Of a DNA stretch of 64,000 nt, positions 37,366-48,234 are shown piece after piece. The position numbers and the translations under genes are program-made. The stretch lies in contig NHBO02000064.1 of assembly GCA_002167845.2 (NCBI GenBank), positions 80,910-144,909 on the forward strand, given 5' to 3'. This stretch comes from Phycisphaera sp. TMED9 (GTDB taxonomy: Bacteria > Planctomycetota > Phycisphaerae > Phycisphaerales > SM1A02). The stretch's first letter is position 1; every line of letters starts with the position of its first letter. Below the pieces are notes generated by a model that did no database searches, was not told the DNA's origin, and worked only from the letters and a program-made list of their open reading frames with translations.

Positions 37366-38571
37366 TCACGGTCGCGGATCCTCGGAACCACTCTGGTCAT
37401 CGGTCGGGTCGGTATCCGGCGTTTCCGGTCCTGTGGAATCAGGCGTCGAGCCCGGATCCGGGACGTCCGGTCGTGCCGGATCGACGGGTTGGTCCATCGA
37501 CTCGCCCGCATCATCCACAGAGTCTTCCTGGTTGAACGTCCGGGAATCGTCATCCGCTCGGCCCAGTACGTCGCCCAGGGTGGATGAGAGGATCTTGCCA
37601 CCGGCCACACGCTCCGCAGGAGCCACCAGAAGCAGCAGGATGCCGAGTTCGTAGAGGAGGTAAAGAGGGACGAAGAGCAGAACCATGCTCACCACGTCAG
37701 CTGGTGTGAGGATCGCGCCGAGGATGGCGCAGACCAGGACCGCGTACCGACGATTCGAAGTCAGGAACTTCCGATCCGCGATGCCCGCCCACCCGAGAAG
37801 CAGGATGACCAGGGGCATCTGGAACGCGACCGTGACCGCGAGCGCCAACGTGAGTACGAAACCGATGTACTCACCGAGCCGGAATTCCTGGGAGATGGTC
37901 CCGGCGCGACTGAGTGGCATCGAGAGGAGTTCGAAGGTGCCGGCGCCGTTGCTGGTTGGAACGACGACCACGAGGGTGCGGGTCGCCGGTTCGATCCATG
38001 CCTGGCCCGGTGCGGGATTCGCGGGCATCTCTTCGAGGACCGGGAAGACCGGAAATCCCTCGCCGTTGGATTCGACGATGCGGGTGCCGGAGTCGGGAAT
38101 GCCGAAGGCATCCGCCGGTCCCGGCACGCCGAAGGAGATCAGCACCTGAAGCATGAGCGGGAGCATCACCCAGTACAAGAGGGCGAGACCCGCCGCGGTC
38201 AGGATGGCGCTTCCCGGAATCAGAAAGTAGACGAATCGTTTTTCCTGGTTGTAGAGGCCCGGCTCGACGAACTTCCAGGCCTGCCAGAGGATCCAGGGGG
38301 CGGAGATGACCGCCGCGCCGATGAAACTCAACTTCAGATCCGTGGTCAGCACTTCGGCCGGCCCGAGCGCCTGAAGTCTCGCCGGAAGTCCGTTGGCTTC
38401 CATGGCGGCCAGCGCGGGGAGGACCAGGACGCTCCGGATCGCGGAAGCGAAGAAGAACAGGAGCACCGCCAGCGGAAGCGGGACGATCGCCGCGAGGATC
38501 AGCCGTTTCCGGAGTTCCTCGAGATGATCGCCGAAACTCATCAGGCCCTGAAGATGGTGAGGCAACGGCAT
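37366..38571 (-). CDS. tatC: Twin-arginine translocase subunit TatC with a ~90-aa acidic/Pro-rich C-terminal tail
   Basis: 'MSFGDHLEELRKRLI', six TM helices, and the tail 'DPARPDVPDPGSTPDSTGPETPDTDPTDDQSGSEDPRP'. Confidence 0.9.
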   Translation of the reverse strand: MPLPHHLQGLMSFGDHLEELRKRLILAAIVPLPLAVLLFFFASAIRSVLVLPALAAMEANGLPARLQALGPAEVLTTDLKLSFIGAAVISAPWILWQAWKFVEPGLYNQEKRFVYFLIPGSAILTAAGLALLYWVMLPLMLQVLISFGVPGPADAFGIPDSGTRIVESNGEGFPVFPVLEEMPANPAPGQAWIEPATRTLVVVVPTSNGAGTFELLSMPLSRAGTISQEFRLGEYIGFVLTLALAVTVAFQMPLVILLLGWAGIADRKFLTSNRRYAVLVCAILGAILTPADVVSMVLLFVPLYLLYELGILLLLVAPAERVAGGKILSSTLGDVLGRADDDSRTFNQEDSVDDAGESMDQPVDPARPDVPDPGSTPDSTGPETPDTDPTDDQSGSEDPRP

Positions 38572-38625
38572 GGTCGATGATTCTAGTGGGACCCCGCCCG
38601 GGGGCGAGGATCTCGGGGGTGGGAA

Positions 38626-39408
38626 TCAGGGGATGTCGATGTCGAAGAACCGGGCGGCGTTCCGATCCAGCAGCGATTCGAAGGCCTCAGGCTCCCGTCC
38701 CCGCCGCTTGGCGAGGAACGCGGCGGTGCAACCGACGTACTTCGGCTCGTTGGGCCGCGTGGTCCGATGAGGTTCGGGGGTGAGGAAGGGGGCGTCGGTT
38801 TCCACCATGATCCGGTCGTCGGGGACGAGATCGCTCGCTCGGGCGACCTCTGTGGCATTCGCGAAGGTGACGATGCCGGTGAAGGAGATCCAGCCACCGA
38901 AGTCGAGCACCGCTCGAGCGTCGGATTCGTCTCCGGTGAAGCAATGGAAGACGAAGCGGTCGTTTGGAAGAGAGGACGCCTCCAGCACTGGAAGGAGATC
39001 GTCGAATGCCTTGCGGCAGTGGATGACCACCGGTTTTCGGAGCCCCTCCGCCGACCAGGACTCGATGTGGGCGAGTTGGTCCTCGAGGACCCGTCGCTGG
39101 AGGCTGCGATCGGGTTGGTCGTAGTGATGGTCGAGCCCGAGCTCACCCCAGGCCACGCACTTCGGATGACGGGCCGCGATCAGCATCGCGTTCCAGTCGA
39201 TCGGGCGATCGCTGTAGAGCGGATGGACTCCGGAGGAGAACCAGATCTCCGGATGCGTGTCGGCGAGCGCGGTCAGTTCGGGAAGGCCGTCCGTGGTGGT
39301 GGCGATCGAAATGCAGCCTCGGACGCCGGCGTTCCTCGCGTCTTCGAGCACGCGATCAACCCGTCCCTCGAAGCAGTCGAAGGTGAGATGGCAATGGGTG
39401 TCGAACAT
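38626..39408 (-). CDS. tatD: TatD-family metal-dependent hydrolase/DNase
   Basis: 'MFDTHCHLTF', 'ISIATT', 'VVIHCR', 'FHCFTG' and 'IMVETDAPFL'. An alternative start is at 39483. Confidence 0.85.
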   Translation of the reverse strand: MFDTHCHLTFDCFEGRVDRVLEDARNAGVRGCISIATTTDGLPELTALADTHPEIWFSSGVHPLYSDRPIDWNAMLIAARHPKCVAWGELGLDHHYDQPDRSLQRRVLEDQLAHIESWSAEGLRKPVVIHCRKAFDDLLPVLEASSLPNDRFVFHCFTGDESDARAVLDFGGWISFTGIVTFANATEVARASDLVPDDRIMVETDAPFLTPEPHRTTRPNEPKYVGCTAAFLAKRRGREPEAFESLLDRNAARFFDIDIP

Positions 39409-39567
39409 GAGTCGCTGAGGATACGTAGGGGACGAGTGCTCTGCCGATCGCGGGGCGGCGAGGCGGTCCGGCGGTGGATTCAATCCGAGTCCGGGGCTTC
39501 AGGTTAGGATCGTCTCGATGCGGTCCGGGCCGCGTCATCGATCGAACACCCTTGGGAATCGGAGTCG

Positions 39568-41691
39568 ATGCCAGAAAGCCAGAATTCACCCAGCGAGAAG
39601 CCTGCACTGAAGAAGGAGCTGAACCTCTTCGGTGTCTTTGCCGTGGCGACCGGGACGACCCTGAGTGCCGGGTTCTTCCTCCTGCCGGGACTCGCCTTCC
39701 AGCAGGCGGGGCCGGCGGTGATCATCGCTTATCTCATCGCCGCGGCCATGATGGTCGCGCCGATGCTCTGCAAGGTCGAACTCGCCACGGCCATGCCGAA
39801 GGCCGGGGGTACCTACTTCTTCCTCGACCGGAGCCTCGGGCCGGTGGCGGGCACGATCGGTGGCCTGGGCACCTGGCTGGCATTGCTTCTGAAGGCCTCG
39901 TTTGCGCTGGTGGGCATGGGGGCGTACGTCACTCTGTTCTTCGCGGACGCACCGATTCAGGGAATCGCGGTGGCGCTCGCGTTGCTCTTCGGTGGCGTCA
40001 ACTTCATGGGAGCCAAGGCGACCACCCGTTTTCAGATCGTGATGGTGATCGGGCTCCTGTCGCTGCTCGGCTGGTTCATGCTGCAAGGTTCGTTCGCGAT
40101 CGACACCAGTCGCTTCAAGGGATTCTTCGACCAGGGGGGCGCAAACGTCTTCGCGACGGCGGGGCTCGTCTTCATCAGCTACGTCGGCGTCACCAAGGTG
40201 GCGAGCGTCGCGGAAGAAGTCGAGAATCCACAGCGCAACCTGCCGCTCGGGATCTTCATCGGTCTCGGAACCGCGGTCGCGGTCTACATGGTCGGTCTCA
40301 TCGTCATCGTGGGCGTGACGCCGGCCGACGAACTCGCGAACAGTCTCACTCCCGTCGGCGACGCCGCCCGCTCGTTCGCCGGGACCACCGGCCTCGTGCT
40401 GGTGACCATCGCGGCGCTCTTTGCGTTCATGTCGGTGGCGAACGCCGGAATCATGAGTTCGTCGCGATACCCCCTGGCCATGAGTCGTGACCACCTCATT
40501 CCCCCGGTTTTTCGCAAGATCAACCAGAACGGGATCCCGATCGTTTCCCTGGTGCTGACGGTCGCCGCCGTGATCTTCTGCATCCTGTTCATCGACGTCC
40601 TGTCGATCGCGAAACTCGCAAGCGCCTTCCAGCTCGTCCTTTTCGCGTTGATCTGCTTCGCGGTGATCGTGATGCGGGAGAGCAACATCGAGTCCTACGA
40701 TCCGAGCTTCCGGACGCCGCTCTACCCATGGGTTCCGCTCGCCGGAATCCTCGGTCCCTGCTGGCTGATCACCCAGATGGGCACCGGGCCCACACTCTTC
40801 GCGGTGGGGATGGTGGTGCTCGGGGTGATCTGGTTCTTCGCCTATGCAAGCAAACGGATCGATCGCGGCGGCGCGATCTATCACGTCTTCGAACGTCTTG
40901 GCCAACGTCGTTTCGACGGTCTCGACACGGAACTCCGCGGCATCATGAAGGAACGTGGTCTTCGTGCCAACGATCCGTTCGATGAGGTCGTCGCGACGTC
41001 GGAGATCATGGAAGCGGGGGAGGACACCGACTTCGACGCGATCACCCATCGGGCGGCGGAACGACTGGCGCCTCTGGTCGGTCTCGACGCGGCCAGAATC
41101 GCGACGCAGTTCCTCGAAGGCACTCGAGTCGGTGCCACGCCGGTGACGCATGGTGTCGCGCTGCCGCACCTGCGACTTCCCGGAATCTCTCGTCCGTTCC
41201 TCGTCGTGGCACGATCGCGGCGTGGGTTGAAGATCGACGTCGGTGACGTGATGCCTTCGTCGATGACGCATCGGGACGTGCACGCGGTGTTCTTCCTGGT
41301 CAGCCCGGCGGGCGATCCGGCCCTCCATCTTCGGATCCTCGCGCAGTTGGCGGGATGCGTCGAACAGGCAGGATTCCAGGAGGATTGGGTCTCGGCGAGA
41401 AGCCATCAGGCATTGCGAGAAGTCCTCCTTCGAGATGATCGATATCTCTCGCTCGTGCTCGAGCCCGGATCTGCCGCCGCGGCCCTCGCCGGGAAGAAAA
41501 TCCGGGATATTGGTTTTCCCGCAGGGTCTCTGGTGGCGCTGGTTCGCCGCGGGAGCCGGACCCTGGTCCCGAGCGGAAGTCTCGAGCTGGAATCGGATGA
41601 TCGGTTGACCGTGATCGGCGACGAGTCAGGAATTTCGGAGCTTAAAAAGACGTATGTCGACGCATCGGAATCGACCGAGTCCGGATTCTGA
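39568..41691 (+). CDS. APC-superfamily amino-acid/polyamine permease fused to a PTS EIIA-like domain and a TrkA-C (RCK_C) domain
   Basis: About 430 aa with 12 TM helices ('GVFAVATGTTLSAGFFLLPG'). Then 'THGVALPHLRLPG' (EIIA-2 His motif). Then 'AGKKIRDIGFPAGSLVALVRRGSRTLVPSGSLELESDDRLTVIGD' (TrkA-C). Confidence 0.85.
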   Translation: MPESQNSPSEKPALKKELNLFGVFAVATGTTLSAGFFLLPGLAFQQAGPAVIIAYLIAAAMMVAPMLCKVELATAMPKAGGTYFFLDRSLGPVAGTIGGLGTWLALLLKASFALVGMGAYVTLFFADAPIQGIAVALALLFGGVNFMGAKATTRFQIVMVIGLLSLLGWFMLQGSFAIDTSRFKGFFDQGGANVFATAGLVFISYVGVTKVASVAEEVENPQRNLPLGIFIGLGTAVAVYMVGLIVIVGVTPADELANSLTPVGDAARSFAGTTGLVLVTIAALFAFMSVANAGIMSSSRYPLAMSRDHLIPPVFRKINQNGIPIVSLVLTVAAVIFCILFIDVLSIAKLASAFQLVLFALICFAVIVMRESNIESYDPSFRTPLYPWVPLAGILGPCWLITQMGTGPTLFAVGMVVLGVIWFFAYASKRIDRGGAIYHVFERLGQRRFDGLDTELRGIMKERGLRANDPFDEVVATSEIMEAGEDTDFDAITHRAAERLAPLVGLDAARIATQFLEGTRVGATPVTHGVALPHLRLPGISRPFLVVARSRRGLKIDVGDVMPSSMTHRDVHAVFFLVSPAGDPALHLRILAQLAGCVEQAGFQEDWVSARSHQALREVLLRDDRYLSLVLEPGSAAAALAGKKIRDIGFPAGSLVALVRRGSRTLVPSGSLELESDDRLTVIGDESGISELKKTYVDASESTESGF

Positions 41692-41780
41692 GGGGTGAGG
41701 CGCCCCCGGGCGATGCTCCACCAAAGGGGGCTGAGCGTGGGGGTGCTCATGGCCTCTCAGCCGCATGAAAACGTCGATTT

Positions 41781-41794
41781 TTGATCAATAACAA
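41781..41794. promoter_or_regulatory. FNR/CRP-family-like box TTGAT-N4-AACAA inside the only AT-rich island of the ACIII leader
   Basis: 'ttgatcaataacaa' matches 9/10 positions of TTGAT-N4-ATCAA. The surrounding ~40 nt are about 30% GC. Confidence 0.2.
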
Positions 41795-41873
41795 TGTTTT
41801 AGGGTCCCTTGAGAGCCTGCTCGTGTCGAGGTCCTGAAACCGTGGCTTGGAATGAAATGGTCTCGACGCGCGG

Positions 41874-41887
41874 CCAACGATCGTTGG
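41874..41887. promoter_or_regulatory. Perfect 14-bp palindrome CCAACGATCGTTGG
   Basis: Read directly from the sequence; it lies in a non-coding region. Confidence 0.3.
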
Positions 41888-42140
41888 AATCGTGCTCTTG
41901 GAGCGGCATCTGGGTTCCCGGGGCAGGCTCCAGGGCCTCCAAGATCAGCCGAATCGATCCCCGGAAAATTGGCCATTCAGGGGGGGGCGGAAAGAGATCT
42001 TCATTCGCGTGGAAAGCCGTCTTTCGCCGATGTCCACTGCTTCTGAACCGTCGATTTCTGGATCGATGGCGGCTCTGGAGAGCCGGTTGGGGATCGGTCT
42101 CCGTTGACCCTGGATAGCGGTCGTCGCTAAACTGGAGTGT

Positions 42141-42170
42141 CTGACTTCGTGAAAAAAGGAACGAAGTCAG
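42141..42170. promoter_or_regulatory. Perfect 10-bp inverted repeat CTGACTTCGT-N10-ACGAAGTCAG, 65 nt upstream of actA
   Basis: Read directly. The loop/spacer is 'gaaaaaagga' and no U-tract follows, so an operator or 5'-UTR hairpin is more likely than a terminator. Confidence 0.4.
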
Positions 42171-42234
42171 GGACCGGCTCGCCTCTCTCTCTACTTTCGT
42201 AACGCCGGCACGCGGCTTTCGGACTTCCCACTCG

Positions 42235-42888
42235 ATGAGCAGATTTCTTTTTCCCCGTTGGAGTAACGCACTCCTTCCAGCCCTCGCGGTCGTCGGTGCG
42301 CTGCTGCCGCTCTACGTCGTGATGTTCGTGGCGTACGGTTTCAGTCCGAAGACGCTCGAGGTCGGCTACCAACCCACGCAGCCGGTTCCGTTCAGCCATG
42401 CGCTTCACGCCGGTGAACTCGGCATGGACTGTCGGTACTGCCACAACACCGTGGAGTCCGCGGCGCATGCCGCGGTACCCCCGACGCAGACCTGCATGAA
42501 CTGTCACACCGCGGTGCGACCCGAGAGCAGGAAACTGGCTCCGATCAAGCAGAGTTATGAAAGTGGTCTTCCCGTCGAATGGGTCTGGGTGAATCGCATC
42601 GCCGACTACGCCTACTTCGACCACTCGGCCCACGTGAACCGCGGCGTCGGCTGCGTCGAGTGCCACGGGCGGATCGACCAGATGGAAGTCGTCACCCGGC
42701 ACGAACCGTTGTCGATGGGCTGGTGTCTCGATTGCCACCGAAACCCCGTCGACAACCTGCGTCCCGTCTCCGAGATCACCAACCTCGCCTACGACCAGCG
42801 GACTGAGCTGACCTACGAAGAACGAGTTGCGCTCAAGGATCTCTATCACATCAACCCCTCGGAAAACTGCTCGACATGTCATCGCTGA
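42235..42888 (+). CDS. actA: Alternative complex III subunit ActA (pentahaem cytochrome c)
   Basis: Five CxxCH motifs (CRYCH, CMNCH, CVECH, CLDCH, CSTCH), an N-terminal TM anchor, and gene context. Confidence 0.9.
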   Translation: MSRFLFPRWSNALLPALAVVGALLPLYVVMFVAYGFSPKTLEVGYQPTQPVPFSHALHAGELGMDCRYCHNTVESAAHAAVPPTQTCMNCHTAVRPESRKLAPIKQSYESGLPVEWVWVNRIADYAYFDHSAHVNRGVGCVECHGRIDQMEVVTRHEPLSMGWCLDCHRNPVDNLRPVSEITNLAYDQRTELTYEERVALKDLYHINPSENCSTCHR

Positions 42889-45800
42889 ACCCTGGCGAGG
42901 AACGTCCCGAGATCTCCGGTTGCGGCAGCGACCTCCCGTCGCCCGAGCCGTCGCGGCGCGCCTACTGGCGCAGTCTCGACGACCTTCAGGACACCGAGGA
43001 ATTCCGGGCCTGGATGCACCGTGAGTTTCCCGCCGACGCAGACCTGCTCGAAGGCGAGGATCGCCGTCACTTCATGAAGGTGATGGGGGCCTCGTTCGCG
43101 CTGGCCGGCTTCGGTGTCGCGGCCTGTCGTCGAATTCCCGAGACGCACATCGTCCCCTACGCCGCCCGGCCGGCGGGGCGAATCCCCGGCGATCCGGTTC
43201 ACTTCGCGTCCGCGTGCGAGCGGGGTGGGGTGGCCCAGGGGCTGCTCATCAAGAGCATCGACGGACGTCCGATCAAGCTCGAAGGCAACGCGGCGCACTC
43301 CACCAACATGGGCGCCTGCGATCCGATCACCCAGAGCGGGATCCTTCAGGCCTACGACCCGGAGCGGAGTCGCGAAGTCCATCGTGATGGAGAGCCCGCG
43401 GACGCGGCCGCGTTCAAGACCTGGGCGGACCAGCGTTTCGGCGTCGAGCTTCGCAAGGCCGGCGGCGCCGGTCTCGCGGTGTTGGCCGAAGCCAGTGGAA
43501 GCCCCAGCATGAGCCGCATGCGAGTGGAATTCCAGAAGGCGTTCCCGAAGGCCTCGTGGCACGAATGGGAACCCATCACCGGTGACGAGGAACGTGCCGG
43601 AACGGAGATCGCTTTCGGAAGTCCGCAGCGCGTTCACGCGATGCTCGACAAGGCCGACGTCGTGGTGTGCCTCGATGCCGATCCGCTGTCCACGCATGCC
43701 GCCGCCAATCGCCTTTCCCGCGACTGGGCTTCGAAGCGTCGACTCGACGCTTCCGATCCATCGCATCAGGAGATGAGCCGGGTCTACGCCGTCGAAGGCG
43801 TGCTGTCGGTCACCGGCATGAACGCCGACGATCGGGTGATGGTTCGAAGCGGTGATGTTGGTGCGGTCGCGGCGTCCCTCGCCACGGCGCTCGGCGTCTC
43901 GATGGACGGACTCGATGCCCTCGCGGGAACGGTCTCTTTGGAAGGCCGGAACTCCGAGGTCTTCGACGCGATGGTTCGTGATCTCAAGGCCAACGGTGGC
44001 GCCTGCGTGGTGATCGTCGGCGAGGGACAGCCTCCCGCGGTTCACGCCATGGCTGCCGCGATCAACGCCGCGATGGGCAATGTCGGCAAGACGGTCCAGT
44101 ACACCGAAGACGCTCATCCGAGCCGCACCGAATCGATCGCATCGCTCGTGAAGTCTCTGGACTCCGGAGCGGTCGAGACGTTGGTGATGATCGGCGGCAA
44201 CCCGGTCTATGACGCTCCGGCGGATCTCGACTTCGGCACGGCGCTCGGCAAGGCCAAGGAGTCGGTCCACCTTTCGCTCTACGCCAACGCGACGTCGAAG
44301 GCTTCGGCCTGGCACCTTCCGCGAGCGCACTGGATCGAGAGCTGGGGCGACGTGAAGGCCTACGACGGAACCATCTCGGTGGTGCAGCCGCTCATCCAGC
44401 CGATGATGTCGCTCAACCAGGGTGGCTGGAGTTCGATCGAACTCGTCGCGGAACTCGCCGGCACCGAGCCGAAGGAAGGCTATGACATCGTTCGGGCCAC
44501 CGAGGCCGCGCGATCGAAGACGTCCGGCGCCACGTTCGAGGCTCACTGGCGAACGGTGCTCGACACCGGTCTGATCGAAGGCACCTCGGCTCCGGCCTCC
44601 ACGACCCGTCTGGAGAATGGTCGAATCGCCGATGCGGTCGGCGGGCTTGCGAAGGTCCGAAAGGCCGTTGCGGCCGACGATCTCGAACTCGTCTTCAACA
44701 CCGATGCCCGGGTCTACGACGGCCGCTTCGCCAACCTCGGCTGGTTGCAGGAACTTCCTGACAGCATCACCAAGATCACCTGGGACAACGCCGCCCTGAT
44801 CAGCCCGGCGCTCTACAAGGCTCGTGGATTCAAGATCGGTGACGTCGTCTCCGTCAAGGTCGGTGACCGTTCCATCGAAGCCGCGGTCTTCCCGGTTCCG
44901 GGAATGAGCGAACACACCATGGCGATCTCGCTCGGATGGGGGCAGGGACCCGACTCGGGCTCGATCGCCGACGGTGCCGGATTCAACGCGTATCCGGTTC
45001 GAACCACGAAGAACCCCTGGATCGCGACCGGTGCGACGCTGTCGCCGACCGGTGGTCGGTACGCCTTTGCACAGACGCAGGATCACGGTGCCCTCGACGC
45101 CCTGATTCCCGATGTGCCGCTCGGCAGCATTCAAGAGCGTCTCCCCACCATCGTGCGGGAGACCACGCTCGACGACTATCGAAGCCATCCCGACTTTGCG
45201 CAGCATCGCGTGCACGTCGCCCACCGCCTCAGCCTCTGGGAGGAGACCAACCTCGACGGGGCTCGATTCAAGTGGGGCATGTCCATCGACCTCAACACCT
45301 GCACTGGTTGCAGTGCGTGTGTCACCGCCTGTCAGGCGGAGAACAATGTCCCGGTGGTGGGCAAGGATCAGATCGCTCGCGGCCGTGAGATGCACTGGAT
45401 CCGGGTCGACCGATACTTCAAGGGGGACGATCCGGCCGCGCCGGAAGCCGTCTTCGTGCAGCCGGTCACCTGCATGCAGTGCGAGAACGCACCGTGTGAA
45501 CAGGTCTGTCCCGTCGCCGCGACCGTCCATGACAAGGACGGCTTGAACGTGATGGTCTACAACCGTTGCATCGGCACCCGGTACTGCAGCAACAACTGCC
45601 CCTACAAGGTCCGTCGATTCAACTGGTTCGACTACTGGCGCCGCGACCCGATTCGCGAGCAGGAAGGCCTCTTCGCGGTCAAGCCCGAGTACTACACGTC
45701 GGACGGCCCGAACCAGTGGCGCCGCATGCAGATGAACCCCGAAGTGACGGTCCGCAACCGCGGCGTCATGGAGAAGTGTTCGTTCTGCGTGCAGCGGATC

Positions 45801-46166
45801 AACGAAGCCAAGATCGAATACAAGAACGAGTGGGCGCAGGCTGGTGGCACGGCATCCAGCCCGGACTGGTCGATTCCGGACGGGGTCATCAAGACCGCGT
45901 GCGAGCAGGCCTGTCCCACCGGCGCCATCGTGTTCGGCGATCTCGCCGACACCGACTCCAACGTGGCCAGACTCCAGCAGAAGAAGGTCTCTTATCAACT
46001 GCTGGAAGAGCTCAATACCAAGCCCCGACTCCGTTACCTCGCCAAGGTGACCAACCCCGGCGTGCCCCGCGCCGGTGGTGGAAGCGGTCATCACGACAGT
46101 CATTCGGACGCGGCTGCCGGCGATCACGCCGCTGCGTCGACCATCGCTGAGGAAGTTCGATCATGA
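42876..46166 (+). CDS. actB: Alternative complex III subunit ActB (molybdopterin-oxidoreductase-like domain fused to an Fe-S domain)
   Basis: Tat signal '[11 protein letters not shown]'. Fe-S motifs '[15 protein letters not shown]', '[14 protein letters not shown]', '[15 protein letters not shown]' and 'CSFCVQR'. Length 1096 aa. Confidence 0.9.
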   Translation: MSSLNPGEERPEISGCGSDLPSPEPSRRAYWRSLDDLQDTEEFRAWMHREFPADADLLEGEDRRHFMKVMGASFALAGFGVAACRRIPETHIVPYAARPAGRIPGDPVHFASACERGGVAQGLLIKSIDGRPIKLEGNAAHSTNMGACDPITQSGILQAYDPERSREVHRDGEPADAAAFKTWADQRFGVELRKAGGAGLAVLAEASGSPSMSRMRVEFQKAFPKASWHEWEPITGDEERAGTEIAFGSPQRVHAMLDKADVVVCLDADPLSTHAAANRLSRDWASKRRLDASDPSHQEMSRVYAVEGVLSVTGMNADDRVMVRSGDVGAVAASLATALGVSMDGLDALAGTVSLEGRNSEVFDAMVRDLKANGGACVVIVGEGQPPAVHAMAAAINAAMGNVGKTVQYTEDAHPSRTESIASLVKSLDSGAVETLVMIGGNPVYDAPADLDFGTALGKAKESVHLSLYANATSKASAWHLPRAHWIESWGDVKAYDGTISVVQPLIQPMMSLNQGGWSSIELVAELAGTEPKEGYDIVRATEAARSKTSGATFEAHWRTVLDTGLIEGTSAPASTTRLENGRIADAVGGLAKVRKAVAADDLELVFNTDARVYDGRFANLGWLQELPDSITKITWDNAALISPALYKARGFKIGDVVSVKVGDRSIEAAVFPVPGMSEHTMAISLGWGQGPDSGSIADGAGFNAYPVRTTKNPWIATGATLSPTGGRYAFAQTQDHGALDALIPDVPLGSIQERLPTIVRETTLDDYRSHPDFAQHRVHVAHRLSLWEETNLDGARFKWGMSIDLNTCTGCSACVTACQAENNVPVVGKDQIARGREMHWIRVDRYFKGDDPAAPEAVFVQPVTCMQCENAPCEQVCPVAATVHDKDGLNVMVYNRCIGTRYCSNNCPYKVRRFNWFDYWRRDPIREQEGLFAVKPEYYTSDGPNQWRRMQMNPEVTVRNRGVMEKCSFCVQRINEAKIEYKNEWAQAGGTASSPDWSIPDGVIKTACEQACPTGAIVFGDLADTDSNVARLQQKKVSYQLLEELNTKPRLRYLAKVTNPGVPRAGGGSGHHDSHSDAAAGDHAAASTIAEEVRS

Positions 46167-47617
46167 GCTCGATCAGAGCCGACCAGGTCGGCGGACGCAT
46201 CGTCGACAACACCACCGAGGTCCCCGGAACCCGGGCGCCGCTGGTGCTGAACATGACCACTTTCGGTCAGGTGACCGCCCAGGTCTCCAAGGTCAGCGAA
46301 GCCGGACGCGCCCCCCTCGCGTGGTACGTGGCATTCGCCGGGAGTCTCGGACTGCTCGGGCTGCTCGGAGTCTGTGTGCTCTACCTCATCTTCACCGGGG
46401 TCGGTGTCTGGGGTCTGAACACGCCGGTCGCCTGGGCGTACGACATCACCAACTTCGTGTTCTGGGTGGGCATCGGCCACGCCGGAACGCTGATCTCCGC
46501 GATTCTCTTCCTCTTCAGGCAGAAGTGGCGGACGGGCATCAACCGCTTTGCGGAAGCGATGACGATCTTCGCGGTCATGTGCGCCGGCATCTTCCCCGGC
46601 ATCCACGTCGGTCGCGTCTGGGTGGTGTACTGGCTCTTCCCACTTCCCAACCAGATGGAGATGTGGCCTCAGTTCCGCAGTCCGTTGCTCTGGGACGTCT
46701 TCGCGGTGAGCACCTACTTCACCGTTTCGCTCTTGTTCTGGTACACGGGACTCATCCCCGACCTCGCCACGCTTCGTGATCGAGCGAAGGGTCGGCTCCA
46801 GCAGGTCGCATACGGCCTCTTCGCACTCGGATGGCGGGGAAGCAACCGCCACTGGCACCGATACGAGCGGGCCTATCTCCTGCTCGCGGCGCTTTCGACA
46901 CCGCTCGTGCTCTCGGTTCACTCGGTGGTGTCCTTCGACTTCGCGGTGAGTCAGCTGCCCGGTTGGCACACCACGATCTTCCCGCCTTACTTCGTCGCGG
47001 GTGCGATCTTCTCCGGATTCGCCATGGTGGTGACGCTCGCCGTCCCCGCCCGTGAGATGTTCGGCCTGAAGAACCTGATCACGCTGCGTCACCTCGACAA
47101 CATGAACAAGGTCATCCTGGTGACCGGAAGCATGGTCGGTTACGCCTATGCGATGGAATTCTTCATCGCCTGGTACTCCGGTGCTCTCTACGAGAAGTTC
47201 GCGTTCGTCAACCGAGCGTTCGGACAGTACTGGTGGGCCTACCTGCTGATGGTGAGCTGCAACGTCATCACGCCTCAGTTGTTCTGGTTCAAGGCCATTC
47301 GAACCAGCATTCCGCTCATGTTCTTCCTCAGCCTCGTGGTCAACGTCGGCATGTGGTTCGAACGGTTCGTGATCATCGTCAGCTCGCTGGCCAATGACTT
47401 CCTTCCCAGTTCATGGGAGTTCTTCACGCCGACGTGGGTGGACATCGGAACGATGGCCGGTGCGTTCGGTCTGTTCTTCACCCTGTTCCTGCTGTTCTGC
47501 CGCTTCCTTCCCATGATCGCCATGGCTGAAGTGAAGATGGTGATGCCCGCCGCAGACCCTCATCATGATGAGGACGGGCACCATCACGGCACTCCCGCGA
47601 CCGGAGACCCGTCGTGA
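46163..47617 (+). CDS. actC: Alternative complex III subunit ActC (NrfD/PsrC-like quinol-interacting membrane subunit)
   Basis: Polytopic with about 10 TM helices, in the position after actB. The start overlaps the actB stop. Confidence 0.9.
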   Translation: MSSIRADQVGGRIVDNTTEVPGTRAPLVLNMTTFGQVTAQVSKVSEAGRAPLAWYVAFAGSLGLLGLLGVCVLYLIFTGVGVWGLNTPVAWAYDITNFVFWVGIGHAGTLISAILFLFRQKWRTGINRFAEAMTIFAVMCAGIFPGIHVGRVWVVYWLFPLPNQMEMWPQFRSPLLWDVFAVSTYFTVSLLFWYTGLIPDLATLRDRAKGRLQQVAYGLFALGWRGSNRHWHRYERAYLLLAALSTPLVLSVHSVVSFDFAVSQLPGWHTTIFPPYFVAGAIFSGFAMVVTLAVPAREMFGLKNLITLRHLDNMNKVILVTGSMVGYAYAMEFFIAWYSGALYEKFAFVNRAFGQYWWAYLLMVSCNVITPQLFWFKAIRTSIPLMFFLSLVVNVGMWFERFVIIVSSLANDFLPSSWEFFTPTWVDIGTMAGAFGLFFTLFLLFCRFLPMIAMAEVKMVMPAADPHHDEDGHHHGTPATGDPS

Positions 47618-48234
47618 CCACGCTTGAAACATCAGTGCCGACCGTCGATCCGGCGGACTCCTCCGACGACGCGGTGAAACTCCACGGCCTGCTGGCGGAG
47701 TTCGAATCACCCGGCGAAGTCTTGAAGGCAGCCGAACAGGTCCGCAAGGCGGGATACCGCTGGTGGGATTGCTGCACGCCGTTTCCGGTTCACGGACTCG
47801 ACGGTGCGATGGGAATCAAGCCGACGATTCTTCCGATCATGGTCTTCTTCGCCGGGCTCACCGGTCTGATGGCCGCGTTCATCCTGCAGGCGTTCACGAA
47901 CTCGAGCGGCATGACGGTCTGGGCGATGGTCTGGGTGACCGGCTACCCCTATCTGATCTCCGGAAAGCCGTTGCTCTCGATTCCGGCGTTCATTCCCGTG
48001 ATGTTCGAACTCACCATCCTGTTCGCGGCGCTGACCTGTGTCTTCGGGATGTTCACCATGAACGGGCTCCCCCGGCTGCATCATCCGCTGCTCGGGAACG
48101 ATCGATTCCGCCGAGTGACCGACGATCGTTTCTACATCGTCATCGAAGCTCGTGACCCCAAATTCTTCCGCACCAGGACCGAGGCCTTCCTCGAGTCACT
48201 CGGGGCCGTCGCCGTCGAGGAGGTTCAGGACTGA
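47614..48234 (+). CDS. actD: Alternative complex III subunit ActD (DUF3341)
   Basis: '[45 protein letters not shown]' followed by TM helices, plus operon position. Confidence 0.8.
   Translation: MTTLETSVPTVDPADSSDDAVKLHGLLAEFESPGEVLKAAEQVRKAGYRWWDCCTPFPVHGLDGAMGIKPTILPIMVFFAGLTGLMAAFILQAFTNSSGMTVWAMVWVTGYPYLISGKPLLSIPAFIPVMFELTILFAALTCVFGMFTMNGLPRLHHPLLGNDRFRRVTDDRFYIVIEARDPKFFRTRTEAFLESLGAVAVEEVQD

Noticed and set aside
41809-42117. Small ORFs (63-102 aa) predicted inside the ACIII leader on both strands
   Set aside because: The translations are W/R/C/G-rich without hydrophobic cores or motifs. They overlap each other in several frames, as expected for non-coding GC-rich DNA.
41692-42234. 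tmRNA, RNase P or SRP RNA in the long non-coding leader. Noted strings: 'gctccacca' at ~41715, 'gggggctgag' at ~41726, and 'aaagagatc...gcgtggaaagcc' reminiscent of part of E. coli tmRNA
   Set aside because: There is no T-arm/acceptor structure next to the CCA-like string. There is no 'UUCGACG'-type 5' motif, no tag ORF ending in a hydrophobic Ala-rich tail, and no RNase P 'GAGGAAAGUCC' core. The similarities are short and could be chance.
42879-46127. 1082-aa ORF on the minus strand spanning almost all of actB
   Set aside because: The composition is Arg/Gly/Asp/Val/His-rich with no motifs. It lies exactly antisense to a gene with strong family signatures. Stop-free antisense frames are expected at this GC3 level. 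The same reasoning applies to the long antisense or alternative-frame ORFs at 267-1619, 10206-11636, 18061-19839, 25559-27049, 27080-28438, 31674-33131, 33303-34811, 39586-41406, 48827-50116, 50254-51927 and 52899-55361.
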